Source: Bdellovibrionota bacterium (GTDB lineage: Bacteria > Bdellovibrionota_C > UBA2361 > OMII01). From it: DNA of 64,000 nt. The notes below the pieces were generated by a model. It searched no databases and was not told the DNA's origin. It was given only the letters and a program-made list of their open reading frames with translations. The first letter of the stretch is position 1. The number at the start of each line of letters is the position of its first letter. The stretch spans positions 351 through 64,350 of the forward strand of contig JBILFA010000005.1 in the NCBI GenBank assembly GCA_044351795.1. Reading direction: 5' to 3'. The position numbers and the translations under genes were made by a program. This document shows, piece after piece, positions 35,286 to 45,658 of this stretch.

Positions 35286-38200
35286 TCATCGCGCAAGAAG
35301 AGCGTGCAATTTCGTCAGAGCAGCTATCAGGGTACGTTTTGTGCCAGCTAGGTGTCGCTCGGATTGACGATCTAGTTTCAATGCCCCGAATTCTAGTGTT
35401 TCAAACGCTGCTATGGTGTCCTTTGGGTTGCTACTGAGGAGCAGAGCTTCGAAGCGAGCGATAAAATCAAATATCGCCGTACGGAGCTGTCGTGCCGTTC
35501 TCACGCGAGCAGCTCGCTGTTTTGCTTGTAAGCCAGAAGCCTTAGTTGATTTCAGTTTCCCAACCTGCGCTCTTAACACTCCTGCTTCTCCAGCCAGGTT
35601 GGAGATCTCTGCGGGAGGTGGTGTTGGTTGTTCTGTAGGAGTTGGCGTTACCGATGGGGTAGTCGGCGTGGGGCCTAGGGTAGGGGTCTGTGACGTACCT
35701 AGACCCGTTGGGGTCGTCGGATTGGGCAGAGGGGTCTGAGTACTGCCAGCGCTGCGCCAGTTGCTCACTTCGACGTTGAATATATGCTCGATCGGTTCAC
35801 GGCCATCCTGCGGGCAGACATTGAGGAACAGAGAGGCAGGACGATACGCGCTCGAATTGATCTCTAGGGGTCTGTTAGAGGGCCAGACCCCCTTCATCTT
35901 TAGGCTCGAGATCTTGGGGTCGAATTGGGCATACTCTTTGTAGTAATCGCTACCTTCAAGTGTGTAGGGTAGATCCGGTTCATCGCTCTGAAAGCGTATC
36001 GGTATCGTACGCTCTTCGTTTAATTTTACGTACGGCTCTGTACTTCTCCAGAGTCGTTCTGATTCTTCATCAACTAAGGTGCTGGAGTTAGAAGCGCGGA
36101 GGTTAAGGTGCAGGAACTCGAACGTCGTGAGCGAGGAGCTTCCTGAGGTAGGGTCAATCAGTTTGAGAGGGACTTCTAAGATGTCGTATGGGTTGTCCTT
36201 CACGCAGCCCTTTACGCCCTCTTCACCCGAATCGGCGTAGAGAATGCCATCTTTAAGCGATTGTACGGCATTGGGTTTGGGTTCAAGCAGTTCGAGTGTA
36301 TAGCTTTGCGAACTGAAATCGATCCCGGAGATAACCTTGATGCGGTACTGACCGGGTATGCCCTCTTGGAGCATGTACGCCCACGGGTCTTTGTAAATCG
36401 CTGGAACTCCCGGTTTCGAAAGTACAGCGAATCTCTTCTTAACCTCGAAGGTCTCTCCACACCGCTCAGCAGTAATCACGACATCAAAGCGACGACCTAC
36501 ATCCTTAGGGGTGACCTGCCAATCGACGCCAGCGCGGGTACTATCAAAGGTAATCGGTCGTAGCTCGCCTACGCCTTTGAGCCGGTTGTCATTCTTCAGT
36601 ACATAGGAGATTCCGGGTATGCCGAGACCAAAGCTCTTTTTGTAGTGGTCTCCGGGGTACAGAACTGAATCGCGAGCGTCTATCGAGCCGTATGGATCCA
36701 TTGGATCTACTGTGCCTGTTCCGTGCAATGGGCTCCTCCAGTAATAGAGTTGGATCTCGCCAGAGGTCTCGTGTCCAGCCGCATCAACTGCTGTGAGGAT
36801 AATGGATTCATCTTTTGGCGGGGGCTTGGAGCAGTCGAGAGGTTTGAAGACCTTGAGTTTACCCCCTTCCAAGCGCACACCAGGAGGTAATTCCCAAGCG
36901 GATCGAATCGATACCAGGTCGTTGTCTGGATCCTTGATCGGGAGGTCAAATACAGCTTCAATTCCCTCCGGTACCCTTAAATAGATGTTGTCGCGACCGC
37001 CGTCTGCGGAGTCAAAATACGGTGCTGAGCCTGTACGAGGAGTGGGATTTGACCAGCAGCTCTTTGTGTCTAAAAAAGTATTAAATTCATTAACGGTGTA
37101 CTCACCAAGTTTCACCGCATAGTTTAGCGAAGGATACATCAGGTAGGGGCAGAGAAAGTAGGCGTTGGGATTTGAGGGAAGCAGACCGCAGTTGTAGTGG
37201 CGGGCTCCGAGAAGATGCCCGATCTCATGGGCTATAACACTACGCTCCAAGGAGAAAAGGAGCGTGTCTTCAAATTGGAGGGACAAGCCGTATTTCAAGT
37301 TACCGCAGGCACCGGATAGGTAGGCATAACCAACGAGGCCGTCGCTGTACCCGGGTATCGCTTTGTACCTCAGGAATGCGATATCGATGTTCGGGTCTGA
37401 CGTTTCCGGTAGTGTTGGAGCAAGAGTTCGAAACGAGGTGAGGGTTTGCGGGGCATTTGTATCGACTTTGCTTACCATCTTTTGATGGATCGGATCGTTG
37501 TCACAGCTTGCGTAGAGCTTCTGTTTGAGTAGGTTAATCCTGATTCGAGCTTCCCGCTCGTAGAACACGTTCATGGAACTAACTGCTGCTGCGGCGAATA
37601 TCGCTGCGCGCTCGGCAGAGCCGGCGTTCTGTACCATGCCGCAAGAGGTAACCATCGCTACATCGAACTGTGCGATCTCACGTTCTGATTGTCGGCTGAA
37701 CTCTCCGGATGGGGCAGAGGTAGTTTGTATAGCGGGGATTGCATCGGTTAGGCCGCACGATGATGAGTGATCTCGCTCGTGCTGTTCACGCGACCGGAGT
37801 CGCAAGACCCCTGAGCGCGAGGGCTTCCCGCGTACATCGAAGGTGCGCTTGTCAGCGTCGGACGCAAATCCAAACACCTCACTCTTGTGCACAAAGAGGT
37901 CAATACTGGCGCGATTTCCTCTAAGCCTCATGGAGCCGCTAAAAGAGTACAGGCGGGGTGATGGCATGCGTTCCTCAGAGCCGTCGCTTTTTACTACCGA
38001 GATCGACTGCTCCGGTGTGTTATTGAGGTATGGGCGGAGATCGAGTTGGGCTGCTCCAGGGAGACGGAGAGTCCTGTTCATGGTCAGTCGTGACAAGGCG
38101 CGGTCGCGTGAGCCTTCTTTGAGCATTAGGCGACCAAAGGATGCTCCGTTTTCATGTTGTGTGTACAAGCGCTTCAAGGCCCGTATGGCCCGACTACTGA

Positions 38201-38348
38201 TCGTAACCGTTTCGTCGTGATAGTTGTGGCTCGACTCAGCCGCGAGGAGTAACGGATAGACGAGAACTGCGACCAGCACGCACAGCGCCGATACTCTACG
38301 GCTGATAAGGCGGTCGAGGATGGGGTATTTATAGGAGAGGCTCATCAT
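35286..38348 (-). CDS. Large secreted metzincin-type zinc metalloprotease with Pro/Thr linker and C-terminal helical domain
   Basis: 1020 aa with an N-terminal anchor or signal and an AHEIGHLLGARH (HExxHxxGxxH) zinc site. A PT-rich linker (TPLPNPTTPTGLGTSQTPTLGPTPTTPSVTPTPTEQPTPPP) follows. Confidence 0.85.
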   Translation of the reverse strand: MMSLSYKYPILDRLISRRVSALCVLVAVLVYPLLLAAESSHNYHDETVTISSRAIRALKRLYTQHENGASFGRLMLKEGSRDRALSRLTMNRTLRLPGAAQLDLRPYLNNTPEQSISVVKSDGSEERMPSPRLYSFSGSMRLRGNRASIDLFVHKSEVFGFASDADKRTFDVRGKPSRSGVLRLRSREQHERDHSSSCGLTDAIPAIQTTSAPSGEFSRQSEREIAQFDVAMVTSCGMVQNAGSAERAAIFAAAAVSSMNVFYEREARIRINLLKQKLYASCDNDPIHQKMVSKVDTNAPQTLTSFRTLAPTLPETSDPNIDIAFLRYKAIPGYSDGLVGYAYLSGACGNLKYGLSLQFEDTLLFSLERSVIAHEIGHLLGARHYNCGLLPSNPNAYFLCPYLMYPSLNYAVKLGEYTVNEFNTFLDTKSCWSNPTPRTGSAPYFDSADGGRDNIYLRVPEGIEAVFDLPIKDPDNDLVSIRSAWELPPGVRLEGGKLKVFKPLDCSKPPPKDESIILTAVDAAGHETSGEIQLYYWRSPLHGTGTVDPMDPYGSIDARDSVLYPGDHYKKSFGLGIPGISYVLKNDNRLKGVGELRPITFDSTRAGVDWQVTPKDVGRRFDVVITAERCGETFEVKKRFAVLSKPGVPAIYKDPWAYMLQEGIPGQYRIKVISGIDFSSQSYTLELLEPKPNAVQSLKDGILYADSGEEGVKGCVKDNPYDILEVPLKLIDPTSGSSSLTTFEFLHLNLRASNSSTLVDEESERLWRSTEPYVKLNEERTIPIRFQSDEPDLPYTLEGSDYYKEYAQFDPKISSLKMKGVWPSNRPLEINSSAYRPASLFLNVCPQDGREPIEHIFNVEVSNWRSAGSTQTPLPNPTTPTGLGTSQTPTLGPTPTTPSVTPTPTEQPTPPPAEISNLAGEAGVLRAQVGKLKSTKASGLQAKQRAARVRTARQLRTAIFDFIARFEALLLSSNPKDTIAAFETLEFGALKLDRQSERHLAGTKRTLIAALTKLHALLAR

Positions 38349-38546
38349 CGACCATCACCTGATCTGCGCCGTTGGTTGAAAAGCGTCCCTTTGCCAGGAC
38401 TGGCACTATACCGTTGAGAAATAGTTGGTTGATAGCTTGTAATCAAGGGAGTCCGACTAAATCTGAATCTTTATCGGCAATCTAGCCGCTGCTAGTTCGC
38501 TCCGGCTCCCTAGTCATACCACGCGTGAGGCATGGAATGCTGTCCG

Positions 38547-38620
38547 ATGAGTAAGAAAACCGCTCACTTTTTTGCAAGTAGCTGATTTGCCCTCGGGAGG
38601 TCAATTTTCAACCCGGAAAA
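38547..38620 (+). repeat. Intergenic repeat family, copy A (core TTTTGCAAGTAGCTGATTTGCC...CAATTTTCAAC)
   Basis: About 75-80% identical by eye to 40618-40690. The core is shared with 22362-22383 and 22511-22535. Confidence 0.8.
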
Positions 38621-38890
38621 CAGTCGGTAGATGCCCAGCCCTTCATAGTCGAGCATTCTGCTCTGCTTCGAGAGGGATTCGAGAGGGAGGGGAGAATGCT
38701 ATGATTTCGGGTGGGTTTTGGTTTACGAGCACGGGCTCGGGAATAGATACTCAATTCGCCCACAAAACAGGGGGTTATCCCCTCTTAGTGCCTGTCGCCG
38801 CCCACCGGATTCGATTATGACCCCTTATGCTTTACTACGACCGCAATTAATCTAATAATCCGGGCGGAGTTTGGGTCACGAAGTGAGGAG

Positions 38891-40609
38891 TTGAACGGCT
38901 TGTTAGCGCTTTCTCCAGGAGCAGTAGAAAATGTTTGGGCTAGACCGGTAGTAACTACAGAGCTTACTGGCACCTTTTTACCGAATCGCCTCATTTTCTT
39001 CGGCTGGGAGATGCTCAGCCAGTTTTTCGAGCAGCTCAAAGCTCGACCTGTTTCGAATGAGCAAGAGTTCGAGCAGTATGTGAAAGACCTGGGAGATTTG
39101 GAGGCCCAACTGCACGATGCCTACCAAAATCTCAACGTGCTGTGCGCCCTATTTCCCAATGATCCGAGAACGAGCGAGTTCCAACGTAACTTACAGAATC
39201 ACGAGTACCTTTGGGACGTTGCTCGCCAGACGATATACGAGCGCCTCAGCGCAATGCCATGGATCAGTCAGGTCGAACGATTCGGTAGACTTGCCGCGGT
39301 AGTCAACAATTTAGCGGAAGTATTCCATCCGCAATGGTATTCACTGCAGAACAGTGACCGCTGGCTCTGTGATGAACTCCAACAGGTGGAGAGTCGCGTG
39401 AACACCGAGCGTGAGAACAATTCAGAAGAGTTCGAAACTGAGCAGCAATATTGGCGATCTGAACAGCGCAGATTACTGAAGCACGCTCCGGAATTGGATC
39501 GAGTAATCTCAAAGCTAATTAGCGTTCGTAACGAAAAGGCGCGCTCAGTAGGGTGCGGCTCCTTTGCAGACCTCTGCCTTCGGCGCGACGATTCGCTTGA
39601 GTACACAGCTCACGATCTGGAGATACTCGCTGAGGCGGTCCTCGAGTATTTCTCTCCTCTAGCCCGTGAGGTGAATGCACGGAGCCTCAGATCTGCTGGC
39701 ATCAGACGTTGGAGACCATGGTCTGACACTGAAACTGACTTTCTCTATCCGGATCAGCTCAACTCCCAGGAGGTTTTGGAAGGTGCGCTAGCGGCATTTC
39801 TCGGTCGGCTATCTCCCGAGTTCAGCGCCCTTTACCGAGATAATCGTTACCGATCGTCGCTCGATCTTTTTACTCGTGAGGGAAAGATCAGTAATCCCTT
39901 TGTGTCAAGTTTCACCCGGCCCGACGGGGTGTTTCTCTCGACTAACCTAGATGGCAGTGCGGCAAGCCTTACGGAGGTATTTCACGAAACAGCACACCTC
40001 CTTGAATCGTTTGCGGCTCTTTCTCAACCCTTCTACTATTATCGCAATCCGGCCCCGGACACCTCCGAGGCAATCGCACTTGCAATGGAGCTGATCGGCA
40101 CGCGACACTACGATCTCTTCTACACGGATGGGCGCAAAGAAGCGGCGCTGCTGGTGCTCGGCGAGCATATCACGATGGTCGTGAACTACGCGTGGGAGAC
40201 TCTCTTTGAACTTTGGCTGTATAGGGAAGGCGGCGATGCCTCTGCCACGACGAGAGCCCATAAATGGAACGCGTTAGAGGAGCGAAGCGGGTCTCTGATC
40301 GACTGGAGCGGATGCGAAAAATACCGACAAGTGGAGTATCTCAACGACCTCAACCGGTATCTCTCACCATTTAATAGCACGAAGTATCTTGTTGGAGCGA
40401 TCGCGTTGTTCCAGGTATACTTGAATTATTTGAGAGATCCGTCCGCTGCGACACGCCAAATTCTCGACACCATGTCGGCAGGTGATTCGCTCCACCTCTT
40501 CCAACTCTTTGAAAAACTTGGAGCTCCGCTCCGCTTTGACCGTCTTCACATCTTGGGTCTGAGTGAACGAATGAGAGATGTATGGGGTCGGGCAACGAGT
40601 GAGGAATAG
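38891..40609 (+). CDS. M3-family oligoendopeptidase (PepF-like)
   Basis: 572 aa with an HExxH site (VFHETAHLLE). The start is uncertain: TTG at 38891 or ATG at 39011. Confidence 0.8.
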   Translation: MNGLLALSPGAVENVWARPVVTTELTGTFLPNRLIFFGWEMLSQFFEQLKARPVSNEQEFEQYVKDLGDLEAQLHDAYQNLNVLCALFPNDPRTSEFQRNLQNHEYLWDVARQTIYERLSAMPWISQVERFGRLAAVVNNLAEVFHPQWYSLQNSDRWLCDELQQVESRVNTERENNSEEFETEQQYWRSEQRRLLKHAPELDRVISKLISVRNEKARSVGCGSFADLCLRRDDSLEYTAHDLEILAEAVLEYFSPLAREVNARSLRSAGIRRWRPWSDTETDFLYPDQLNSQEVLEGALAAFLGRLSPEFSALYRDNRYRSSLDLFTREGKISNPFVSSFTRPDGVFLSTNLDGSAASLTEVFHETAHLLESFAALSQPFYYYRNPAPDTSEAIALAMELIGTRHYDLFYTDGRKEAALLVLGEHITMVVNYAWETLFELWLYREGGDASATTRAHKWNALEERSGSLIDWSGCEKYRQVEYLNDLNRYLSPFNSTKYLVGAIALFQVYLNYLRDPSAATRQILDTMSAGDSLHLFQLFEKLGAPLRFDRLHILGLSERMRDVWGRATSEE

Positions 40610-40617
40610 CTCCCCTC

Positions 40618-40690
40618 ATGAGTAGGAAAACCGATCGCTTTTTGCGAGTAGCTGATTCGCCGTAGGGATGCCAATTTTCAACACAGAAAT
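40618..40690 (+). repeat. Intergenic repeat family, copy B
   Basis: It starts 9 nt after the peptidase stop and aligns to copy A in the same orientation. Confidence 0.8.
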
Positions 40691-41194
40691 GCAATTTAGA
40701 GCGTGGAGAAATGCGTAGTGCCCAGCTCCATCGTGTGGATTGAAGGATCCAAGAAGAGGCAAGGCTGGTGGTTTAAGTTGCAAAAACTAGCTGTCTATAC
40801 ACACGACTCCCGTCCCATCACGTAGGAAGCGGAGTTTAGAAGTCATCAGGGGCTGTTCGACGTTGCTCACCACAAGTGGCTCGAATGAGTCGTACGAAGG
40901 GAGTTCATCGACCATTCGACGAGCTCACGCTCGTTAATTCCGAGCACCTACCATGCAGTCTCTGAGAAAACCCCTGGGGTCGTGCTGTCAAGGGACCCTG
41001 AACCCAAACAATCCGGAGCTGCCAGGTGTATAAACTGGCAAGAAGGCATCGCTCAGATGTTTTAGACCAATTACTAATCGGCGTTTGCAGGAAAACGCAA
41101 TGAGGCGTAAGTGCCCCCGCACAGAGCCGTAAAGGCACTCCATGCTCGCGGGGTGCCATAACCTCCGGTAACAAGGTTTAAAGGGTTACTGCCG

Positions 41195-42067
41195 ATGTCT
41201 CAGATGCAGGCTCCGAACACTGCTCGATTGCGTGAAGGTGAAGGGATCGCGCGCGCACTGCCGAACGAAACGCCCTCGTTCTCAACCGAAAGTGCCAGCT
41301 CGGATAGCTCACTCCGAGAAAGATTTACCCCGCGGCCATGGGGCGAAATCCGCGCCACACGTGAGGTCGAACCCGCCCACGAGTTCGGCCGGAAGGTATT
41401 CAACCTTCCCGGCGGTGTGCGCCTGGAGCTACAGCTGCCGTCGGCCGAACAGCTTCTCAGCGCTCCCTGTTCAACGTTGGTAGAGCTCGTCAAGCAGAAC
41501 CACGCCGCGCTTCAGGAGTGCGTAGGCGTGCTTCGCGAATCGATCCCCTTCTTCGGTCTACAAGGAACGACGAAGGAGCGCATGGATCTCATCTTCGCAA
41601 CGCAGAGCATTAAGGAGGGGTGTTTCGGGTGTATCAAGGAGCGCGCAGCTCAGCCAGCCCAGCTTTTGGAGGATCTCCTCGCGGTGGCCGGCGATGCAAA
41701 TAGCTATTCAGAGCGAGAGTGGGAACGGCGCAAAGGAACGCCTGTCGAACCTGGCGGGATCCTCGTTGCAGATCTCTCTAGTAGAGCGACCGCAGTTCTA
41801 GGACGTTTGCCGGGGGCCGACCTTCGGGGTAACTCGAGATTTCCAGGCGCGGAGCTAGAGCCCTGCTTCAAGGCAGAGACCGGGGCTCGTATCGATCCCG
41901 CAGATTTCGATCGGAAGGTGCTTGGGGTCGTGCCTCCTGAACTCATAGCGGCGCTCGACGTAGCAGGAAAAACTTCCCAGTACGATAGGATCATACTGAG
42001 CGCGCGCCTGAAGCAGCACGTCATAGTTGCACGGGCGCTGGAGTTGTTCGGGAGCCTCACTGAGTAG
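41195..42067 (+). CDS. Hypothetical protein
   Basis: 290-aa ORF followed by a strong terminator hairpin, with no recognisable motif. Confidence 0.5.
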   Translation: MSQMQAPNTARLREGEGIARALPNETPSFSTESASSDSSLRERFTPRPWGEIRATREVEPAHEFGRKVFNLPGGVRLELQLPSAEQLLSAPCSTLVELVKQNHAALQECVGVLRESIPFFGLQGTTKERMDLIFATQSIKEGCFGCIKERAAQPAQLLEDLLAVAGDANSYSEREWERRKGTPVEPGGILVADLSSRATAVLGRLPGADLRGNSRFPGAELEPCFKAETGARIDPADFDRKVLGVVPPELIAALDVAGKTSQYDRIILSARLKQHVIVARALELFGSLTE

Positions 42068-42102
42068 GCTTGTGGGGCCTGGCCTTGCGTAGGGAAACGA
42101 AG

Positions 42103-42128
42103 AAAAACAACGCGAACGCGTTGTTTTT
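42103..42128. terminator. Bidirectional rho-independent terminator between convergent genes
   Basis: aaaaacaacgcg-aa-cgcgttgttttt is a perfect 12-bp stem with A/T tracts on both sides. Confidence 0.8.
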
Positions 42129-42147
42129 CCTCTTCTCCTTTCTCCGA

Positions 42148-43965
42148 CTAATAATGCCGCTTATTCGCTTGTAGTATCGTCTTCCTCAGTCGGATTGACT
42201 TAGGAGTAACTTCTACCAGCTCGTCGTCGCGGATGAATTCAATCGCCTTCTCGAGCGTCATCGGAACAACAGGAGAGAGGATGACGTTTTCATCCTTGCC
42301 TGCGGCTCGGATGTTCGTCAGCTTCTTCTCTCTGCAGATGTTGACGTTAAGATCGTTGTCGCGATTGTGCTCTCCTACGATCATGCCTTCGTATACTGGG
42401 TCTCCGGGCTGAACGCAGAGGGTTCCTCGTGGTTGGAGGTGGAAGATAGCGTAAGGAATCGCTTCTCCTTGGCGATCGGCGATGAGCGAGCCCGTAGTTC
42501 GCGAAACGAATTCACCTTTGAATGGCTCGTATCCCTTCAAGTACGAGTTCATTATTCCTGTCCCACGAGTGTCGGTCAGGAACTCATTGCGATACCCGAT
42601 CAGTCCCCGTGACGGGATGTCGAACTCGAGGCGCACACGACCTGAGCCGTGATTCACCATGTTAACCATCTTACCGCGGCGAATTGCGAGTTTCTCCGTG
42701 AGTACGCCGATATACTGCTCGTCGCAGTCAATCAGGAGGTGCTCGATCGGCTCGTGCTTCTCCCCGTCGACCGTCTTGAAGATGATCTGAGGTCGACCGA
42801 CGGTGAGCTCGAAGCCCTCTCGCCGCATCTGCTCGATGAGGATCGCCATCTGAAACTCACCTCGTCCACGGACGAGGACGCTCTCGTCCTCTTTGGAGTC
42901 TTCGATCTTCAGCGCGACGTTGAAAAGAGCCTCTTTATACAGGCGGTCCTTGATCTTCTGAGGCTGAACAAGCTTGCCCTCTTTACCGGAGTAGGGCGAG
43001 GTGTTCGCCATGAACTTCATGGAGATCGTCGGTTCATCCACCGAGATTCGTGGAAGCGCTTCGGGAGTCTCCACTGTGCAGATGGTGTCTCCGATTGCGA
43101 CATCTTCTACGCCGGATAAGATAATGATCTCTCCTGACTCGGCTTCGTCTACTTCCTGAAATGAGATTCCCTGATAGACCTGGAGTTTGCTCACTCGTAA
43201 GGGCTCCGCCTTTCCAGCCTCTCCTATGCGAGCAAGGCGTTCGTTCTTGCGCGCCTTGCCGTTGAAAACACGCCCGATAGCGAGGCGTCCGAGGTAGTCG
43301 GAGTACGAGAGGTTCGAGACAAGCATCTGAAACGGCTTGTCTGGATTGAAAGAGGGGCCGGGCACGGTCTTTACTATCTCGTCGAAGAGTGGGGCGAGGC
43401 TTGTTCCTTTTTCATCGAGGGTCGTCTGGGCGATACCATCTCGGCCGATGGCGTAGAGCAGTGGGAAGTCCAGCTGATCCTCGGTAGCATCCAGATCGAT
43501 GAAGAGGTCGTATACCTCATTCAGCACCTCTTGAGGACGCGCGTCATTACGGTCAATCTTGTTGATTACGACGATGATCGCCAATTTCGCTTCGAGCGCT
43601 TTTTTCAGAACGAAGCGCGTTTGAGGCAGGGGGCCTTCAGAGGCGTCGACAAGCAGAATCGCCCCGTCGACCATCATCATGGCGCGCTCAACTTCTCCAC
43701 CAAAGTCCGCATGGCCTGGGGTGTCGAGGATGTTGATCTTGACGTCGCCCCACCCCACCGAGCAGTTCTTGGCGGCGATCGTGATACCGCGCTCGCGCTC
43801 GAGGTCCATACTGTCCATAACTCGGTCAGCCACATCTTGATTGGCGCGGAAGAGGCCGCTTTGCCGGAAGAGGTGATCCACGAGGGTGGTTTTGCCGTGA
43901 TCGACGTGAGCGATGATGGCTATGTTGCGAATGTTCGGATTTGTAGCTTTGTTCTTCGAAGTCAT
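42148..43965 (-). CDS. typA: Translational GTPase TypA/BipA
   Basis: 605 aa from the ATG at 43965 ([27 protein letters not shown]). It has DTPGHADF and NKID motifs and BipA-like length. The listed ORF extends a further 54 codons upstream. Confidence 0.93.
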   Translation of the reverse strand: MTSKNKATNPNIRNIAIIAHVDHGKTTLVDHLFRQSGLFRANQDVADRVMDSMDLERERGITIAAKNCSVGWGDVKINILDTPGHADFGGEVERAMMMVDGAILLVDASEGPLPQTRFVLKKALEAKLAIIVVINKIDRNDARPQEVLNEVYDLFIDLDATEDQLDFPLLYAIGRDGIAQTTLDEKGTSLAPLFDEIVKTVPGPSFNPDKPFQMLVSNLSYSDYLGRLAIGRVFNGKARKNERLARIGEAGKAEPLRVSKLQVYQGISFQEVDEAESGEIIILSGVEDVAIGDTICTVETPEALPRISVDEPTISMKFMANTSPYSGKEGKLVQPQKIKDRLYKEALFNVALKIEDSKEDESVLVRGRGEFQMAILIEQMRREGFELTVGRPQIIFKTVDGEKHEPIEHLLIDCDEQYIGVLTEKLAIRRGKMVNMVNHGSGRVRLEFDIPSRGLIGYRNEFLTDTRGTGIMNSYLKGYEPFKGEFVSRTTGSLIADRQGEAIPYAIFHLQPRGTLCVQPGDPVYEGMIVGEHNRDNDLNVNICREKKLTNIRAAGKDENVILSPVVPMTLEKAIEFIRDDELVEVTPKSIRLRKTILQANKRHY

Positions 43966-44221
43966 GCGGCAGAGATGGTAACGTGAAGCACCGTTTTGTT
44001 CAATCTGGCGGCGCACTTTAGGCGCCGAAAGGGTCGATTTGTCATCCCAATTCGGAAAATGACCGGAAATCCAGGGGAAACAGTGGTCGTGTGAGTGCCT
44101 GTGAGGGGTCTTCAGGCCGAATTTCACCTATCCGAACAGTTATTGGACGGGGTAATAATGAAAATCCATAGCCCCTTCGCGCCTTTCCGTGAAGTAGGGC
44201 AGAGCTCGATGAGAGGTTTAT

Positions 44222-45454
44222 GTGAGTAGTGGCCCTTTACAATCGGACTCAGGTTTCCCGGTAGCTATTATAGTGGCCATGGGCTTTGGGCTCCTCGCCG
44301 GGTTATTGCTGGGGCAGCATGCAGTTCCACTCGGAGTGTTCGGGAAGCTCTTCGTTCAGCTCATTAAGATGATGGCTATACCGTTGGTTTTCTTCTCGAT
44401 AATCGAGGCGCTTGTCGCAACATCGGTTTCATGGAAGAGCGCGGGAAGGCTTTTTATCGTAGTGGCAATAAATTCGACCTGCGCCCTCGCGATCGGGCTC
44501 ACGTTGTCTAACCTCGTTCATCCAGGTCAGGGCTTCATCCTGCAGCACACGCCGGAAGGGGCACCGATACCGGAGGTGAAGCCTTTCGATCTCCAAACGG
44601 CGTTGAATGCGATCATGCCTTCGAGCATCGTGCAGCCATTTGTGGAAAACAACGTCATCGCCGTGGTCTTGCTTTCATTGTTGCTAGGCGGAGCTCTTCG
44701 CAAGCACCTCAATACGGCACACGCTGATTATGCAAGCGGACAGGTGGAGAGAGTGATACGCACCGTGATTGCGGTGTGGAATATCCTGCTCGGTTGGCTC
44801 GTTCGATTGGTGCCGATAGCTGTCTTCTGTGTTACGGCCCGCACAGTGGGGGAATACGGCTTCGCCCCGTTCAAGGGACTCGTATGGTATGTAGGGTTAG
44901 CCGTTTCCGGCCTCTTGCTTCATATCTCTCTCGTTTATCCGATCTGGATTCGCTTCGTTGCCGGATTATCCCTGCGCGACTTCTTGAGCCACGCCAAGCG
45001 TCCCGTAGTGTATGCCTTTGGCACCAATTCGAGTCTGGCGACTCTGCCCCTCACCTTGCAAGCCCTTGATGATATGCAGGTTCCCAAAGCGGCTTCGCGG
45101 CTTGGCTCGTGCATCGGAACCAACCTCAATAACGACGGCATACTCTTGTACGAGGCCATGGCCGTGATGTTTGTGGCACAAGCCTACGGGATGGACATAT
45201 CTCTAGGAGAGCAGATAACGGTAGCGCTCATCAGCCTCGCAGCGGCTATCGGTGTTGCAGGTATTCCCGAGGCCGGGGTGATCTCTCTCTCTCTCGTGTT
45301 GACAGCGGTTGGATTACCACTCGAGATCTTACCGATGTTGCTGACGGTCGACTGGATCATCGCTCGAGTGCGCTCGATCGCAAACGTGCTAAGCGATATG
45401 ACGGTCTCGATCGGGATCGCGGCTTTGGAAAAACGGACTACTCACGCAAGGTAA
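44222..45454 (+). CDS. Dicarboxylate/amino acid:cation symporter (DAACS family)
   Basis: 410 aa, polytopic. FGTNSSLATLP and GIPEAGVISL are typical of the GltP/DctA family. Confidence 0.88.
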   Translation: MSSGPLQSDSGFPVAIIVAMGFGLLAGLLLGQHAVPLGVFGKLFVQLIKMMAIPLVFFSIIEALVATSVSWKSAGRLFIVVAINSTCALAIGLTLSNLVHPGQGFILQHTPEGAPIPEVKPFDLQTALNAIMPSSIVQPFVENNVIAVVLLSLLLGGALRKHLNTAHADYASGQVERVIRTVIAVWNILLGWLVRLVPIAVFCVTARTVGEYGFAPFKGLVWYVGLAVSGLLLHISLVYPIWIRFVAGLSLRDFLSHAKRPVVYAFGTNSSLATLPLTLQALDDMQVPKAASRLGSCIGTNLNNDGILLYEAMAVMFVAQAYGMDISLGEQITVALISLAAAIGVAGIPEAGVISLSLVLTAVGLPLEILPMLLTVDWIIARVRSIANVLSDMTVSIGIAALEKRTTHAR

Positions 45455-45658
45455 GTTCGGAACCAACAACACGCGCCTCTTTTCGAAGCGGCCGATTCCT
45501 AGTTCGGCCGGGAAAAGAAGCTTCTGAGACCCCTCTGATAAACCGGCTCTCGCAGAGTTGCTCGTCATGTAGGATGGCAAGAGTGAGCGTATCTTTGGAC
45601 GCCGCACATTTTCTCGTTCTATTTCTGCGCTAAGCGCGGTAAAGAGTCACTATAAGGA

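Noticed and set aside
38401-38419. TGGCAC sequence as a sigma-54 promoter upstream of the M3 peptidase gene
   Set aside because: The downstream element does not give the required GG-N10-GC spacing.
38547-38585. Micro-ORFs (12 and 15 aa) opening repeat copies A and B
   Set aside because: An indel between the copies changes the frame, so the peptide is not conserved. Conservation is at the nucleotide level.
40700-41194. Structured RNA gene (SRP, RNase P, tmRNA or 6S) in the ~500-bp non-coding gap, plus the 89-aa ORF 40905-41174
   Set aside because: I could not find any of the conserved core motifs of these RNAs by eye, and the ORF has no support. The gap remains unexplained rather than annotated.
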